Shown here piece by piece: positions 63,895 through 64,000 of a DNA stretch of 64,000 nt (the stretch's first letter is position 1; every line of letters begins with the position of its first letter). The position numbers and the translations under genes are program-made. Source of the stretch: Parasitella parasitica NRRL 2501. Lineage: Eukaryota > Fungi > Mucoromycota. Location: NCBI GenBank assembly GCA_025201805.1, contig MU619364.1, positions 15,119 through 79,118 on the forward strand, in the 5' to 3' direction. The notes under the pieces are model-generated. The model had not been told where the DNA came from and searched no databases. It saw only the letters and a list, made by a program, of their open reading frames with translations.

Positions 63895-64000
63895 ATGACT
63901 GATAATCTACAAATTATGGACATGAATCAACTACATTTGCTACTGCAACAACTTCAACAACAACTTACTTCAGTTACTGAACGAGTTAATCAACATGATG
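63895..64000 (+). CDS. Start of a coiled-coil ORF running off the window, possibly ORF1 of a non-LTR retrotransposon
   Basis: MTDNLQIMDMNQLHLLLQQLQQQLTSVTERVNQHD; only 35 codons visible. Confidence 0.35.
   Translation, partial: MTDNLQIMDMNQLHLLLQQLQQQLTSVTERVNQHD

Overview
AT-rich, intron-rich fungal genomic DNA with short (~50-70 bp) introns; gene content and TE types look like Mucorales (Mucor/Rhizopus-like; inference). Host genes: two tandem S8 subtilisin-PA-Fn3 proteases, SUS1/ENY2 (absent from the ORF track), NAA10/ARD1, an importin-13-like karyopherin, a low-complexity hypothetical protein, an F-box/LRR protein, a small secreted Cys protein, a Cu P1B-ATPase with seven HMA domains, a DUF4203-type membrane protein, RAD18, a G-alpha, VCX1, RAD21, an amino-acid permease, an ADCY10-like cyclase-STAND protein and tRNA-Lys(UUU), plus LINE/LTR debris. 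The main signal is three separate elements (A ~5963-11477, B 31069-37648, C ~41631-45214) that share one architecture: long inverted arms made of inward-pointing Tc1/IS630-family transposase sequence, enclosing a minus-strand cargo gene from one PD-(D/E)xK (restriction-endonuclease-fold)-like family. B is nearly intact: TA flanks, 2367-bp arms that look identical, two full DD34E transposases, and a duplicated hairpin with compensatory changes upstream of the cargo. A and C are decayed versions built from different transposase lineages, yet their two arms remain nearly identical to each other. Exon boundaries and identities were judged by eye, and no database searches were run.
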